Positions 30,609-32,000 of a stretch of 32,000 bases of DNA are shown in pieces. This stretch comes from Pasteurella multocida. GTDB lineage: Bacteria; Pseudomonadota; Gammaproteobacteria; Enterobacterales; Pasteurellaceae. The DNA lies in the NCBI RefSeq assembly GCF_900187275.1, contig NZ_LT906458.1, positions 1,260,001-1,292,000 of the forward strand, in the 5' to 3' direction. The notes below the pieces were generated by a model, which did no database searches, was not told where the DNA came from, and saw nothing but the letters and a program-made list of their open reading frames with translations. Position 1 is the first letter of the stretch; each line of letters starts with the position of its first letter. Both the position numbers and the translations under genes were made by a program.

Positions 30609-31631
30609 ATGTCTAACTTCTTCCTCATTCTATTGTTAGTAGCAGGGTTCGGTGTCTGGAAAGTATTAGATTATTTTGCCTTACCTAACACGTTTTCCAT
30701 CTTGCTTATTCTCTTGACCGTCATTTCTGGCGCCTTGTGGTGCTATTACCGTTTTACGGTCCAACCACGGCGCGCAAGACAAATTGCGCGTGCAGAACAA
30801 CGTTCTGGCAAAGCACTCAGCGATGAAGAAAAGGCTAAAATTGAACCCATCTCAGAAGGCGGAGAGTTTTTATCTTCACTGTTTCCGGTTCTCGCCTTTG
30901 TGTTAATTTTACGTTCCTTTTTGTTTGAACCCTTTCAAATTCCATCTTCATCAATGGAACCAACATTGCGTATTGGTGACTTTTTGGTAGTAAAAAAATA
31001 CACATACGGGATTAAAGATCCTGTGTTCCAAAACACGATAATTGAAACTGGCAAACCTGAACGTGGCGATATTATTGTGTTTAAAGCCCCGTTACAACCT
31101 AGCGTAGATTATATTAAACGTGTTGTCGGCGCACCGGGCGATAAAGTGCAATACAACGAATACACGCGTCAATTAACTTTAACCTATGCGAAAGACGGTC
31201 AAGAATGTCACAGTGACTGTGAAACAAAAATCTTTAGCTATACTGAGCCTAAAGAAAATCCCGACTTTCAGTTTCTGATTGGACGTGATCATAAAGGTGA
31301 ATATCTATATGGTCCTTCGCCGTTAGAAACCACCGAAACAGGCGATGTGTCTCACCAAATTCACTGGTATCCTGAACCAATTTCAGAAGGTTTTCGTTAT
31401 AAAGCCTACCGTTCACAAAGCAATTATGTGACAGAATGGGTCGTACCAGAAGGGCATTATTTTGTGATGGGCGACAATCGTAATAACAGTGAAGACAGCC
31501 GTTTTTGGGGCTTTGTCCCAGAGAAAAACATTGTGGGGAAAGCCACATATATTTGGTTGAGTTTAGATAAAAAACAAGATCAATGGCCAACAGGCGTCCG
31601 TTTTGAACGCTTTTTTACAGAAATTAAGTAA
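30609..31631 (+). CDS. lepB: Signal peptidase I
   Basis: Two N-terminal TM segments. Catalytic boxes PSSSMEPTL, DYIKRVVG and GDNRNNSEDSRFWGFV. Confidence 0.92.
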   Translation: MSNFFLILLLVAGFGVWKVLDYFALPNTFSILLILLTVISGALWCYYRFTVQPRRARQIARAEQRSGKALSDEEKAKIEPISEGGEFLSSLFPVLAFVLILRSFLFEPFQIPSSSMEPTLRIGDFLVVKKYTYGIKDPVFQNTIIETGKPERGDIIVFKAPLQPSVDYIKRVVGAPGDKVQYNEYTRQLTLTYAKDGQECHSDCETKIFSYTEPKENPDFQFLIGRDHKGEYLYGPSPLETTETGDVSHQIHWYPEPISEGFRYKAYRSQSNYVTEWVVPEGHYFVMGDNRNNSEDSRFWGFVPEKNIVGKATYIWLSLDKKQDQWPTGVRFERFFTEIK

Positions 31632-31637
31632 TAAGTA

Positions 31638-32000
31638 ATGACTCAAAATTTAGAACGTTTACAACGCCAGATTGGTTATCAATTTAACCAACCGGCGTTG
31701 CTTAAACAAGCATTAACACACCGCAGTGCCGCGGTTAAGCACAACGAGCGTCTTGAGTTTCTCGGCGATGCCATTTTAAATTTCATCATTGCTGAAGCAC
31801 TCTATCACCAGTTTCCCAAATGTAATGAAGGGGAATTAAGTCGTATGCGAGCCACGCTAGTACGTGAGCCGACGCTCGCGTCATTAGCTCGCCAATTTGA
31901 ATTGGGGGATTATTTATCGCTCGGACCGGGCGAATTAAAAAGCGGCGGTTTTCGTCGCGAGTCGATTCTAGCTGACTGTGTGGAAGCCATTATTGGCGCT
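31638..32000 (+). CDS. rnc: Ribonuclease III, N-terminal part (3' end outside the window)
   Basis: [31 protein letters not shown]...[13 protein letters not shown] is the RNase III signature. The frame is open to the window end. Confidence 0.92.
   Translation, partial: MTQNLERLQRQIGYQFNQPALLKQALTHRSAAVKHNERLEFLGDAILNFIIAEALYHQFPKCNEGELSRMRATLVREPTLASLARQFELGDYLSLGPGELKSGGFRRESILADCVEAIIGA

Overview
This is mostly conserved core chromosome from a Pasteurellaceae bacterium of the Haemophilus/Pasteurella/Aggregatibacter type. The assignment rests on ten perfect Hin-type uptake signal sequences (AAGTGCGGT), a PilA/PtfA-like pilin and E. coli-like housekeeping proteins. I recognise 32 protein-coding genes, two of them truncated at the window edges. 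There are no rRNA or tRNA genes, CRISPR arrays, IS elements or prophage genes.

Gene content, left to right:
- MFS transporter (3' part), xerD, raiA.
- A Na+:alanine/glycine symporter preceded by a tandem glycine riboswitch.
- A long minus-strand block pilA-pilB-pilC-pilD-coaE-yacG-GNAT, which includes the competence type IV pilus operon and has a CRP-S (Sxy-type) site upstream.
- ampD, then a 585-bp gene-free spacer carrying DnaA boxes.
- rppH-TSUP-lgt-thyA-tadA.
- The anaerobic focA-pflB ... pflA cluster, split by a GDSL-esterase autotransporter.
- hinT-ycfL-nagZ-rlmC, pfkA, fieF, an unknown lipoprotein, yaaA, ung.
- grcA with a perfect FNR box and ArcA-type direct repeats, then lepA-lepB-rnc (5' part).

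I do not see a defence island or an obviously novel multi-gene system. The items most worth a second look are:
- the DnaA-box spacer upstream of rppH, a possible DARS2-like element;
- the autotransporter inserted inside the pfl cluster;
- the unknown lipoprotein tightly packed between yaaA and fieF;
- the regulatory architecture of the riboswitch and of the grcA promoter.

All functional calls come from recognising the translated ORFs and motifs by eye. No database search was run.
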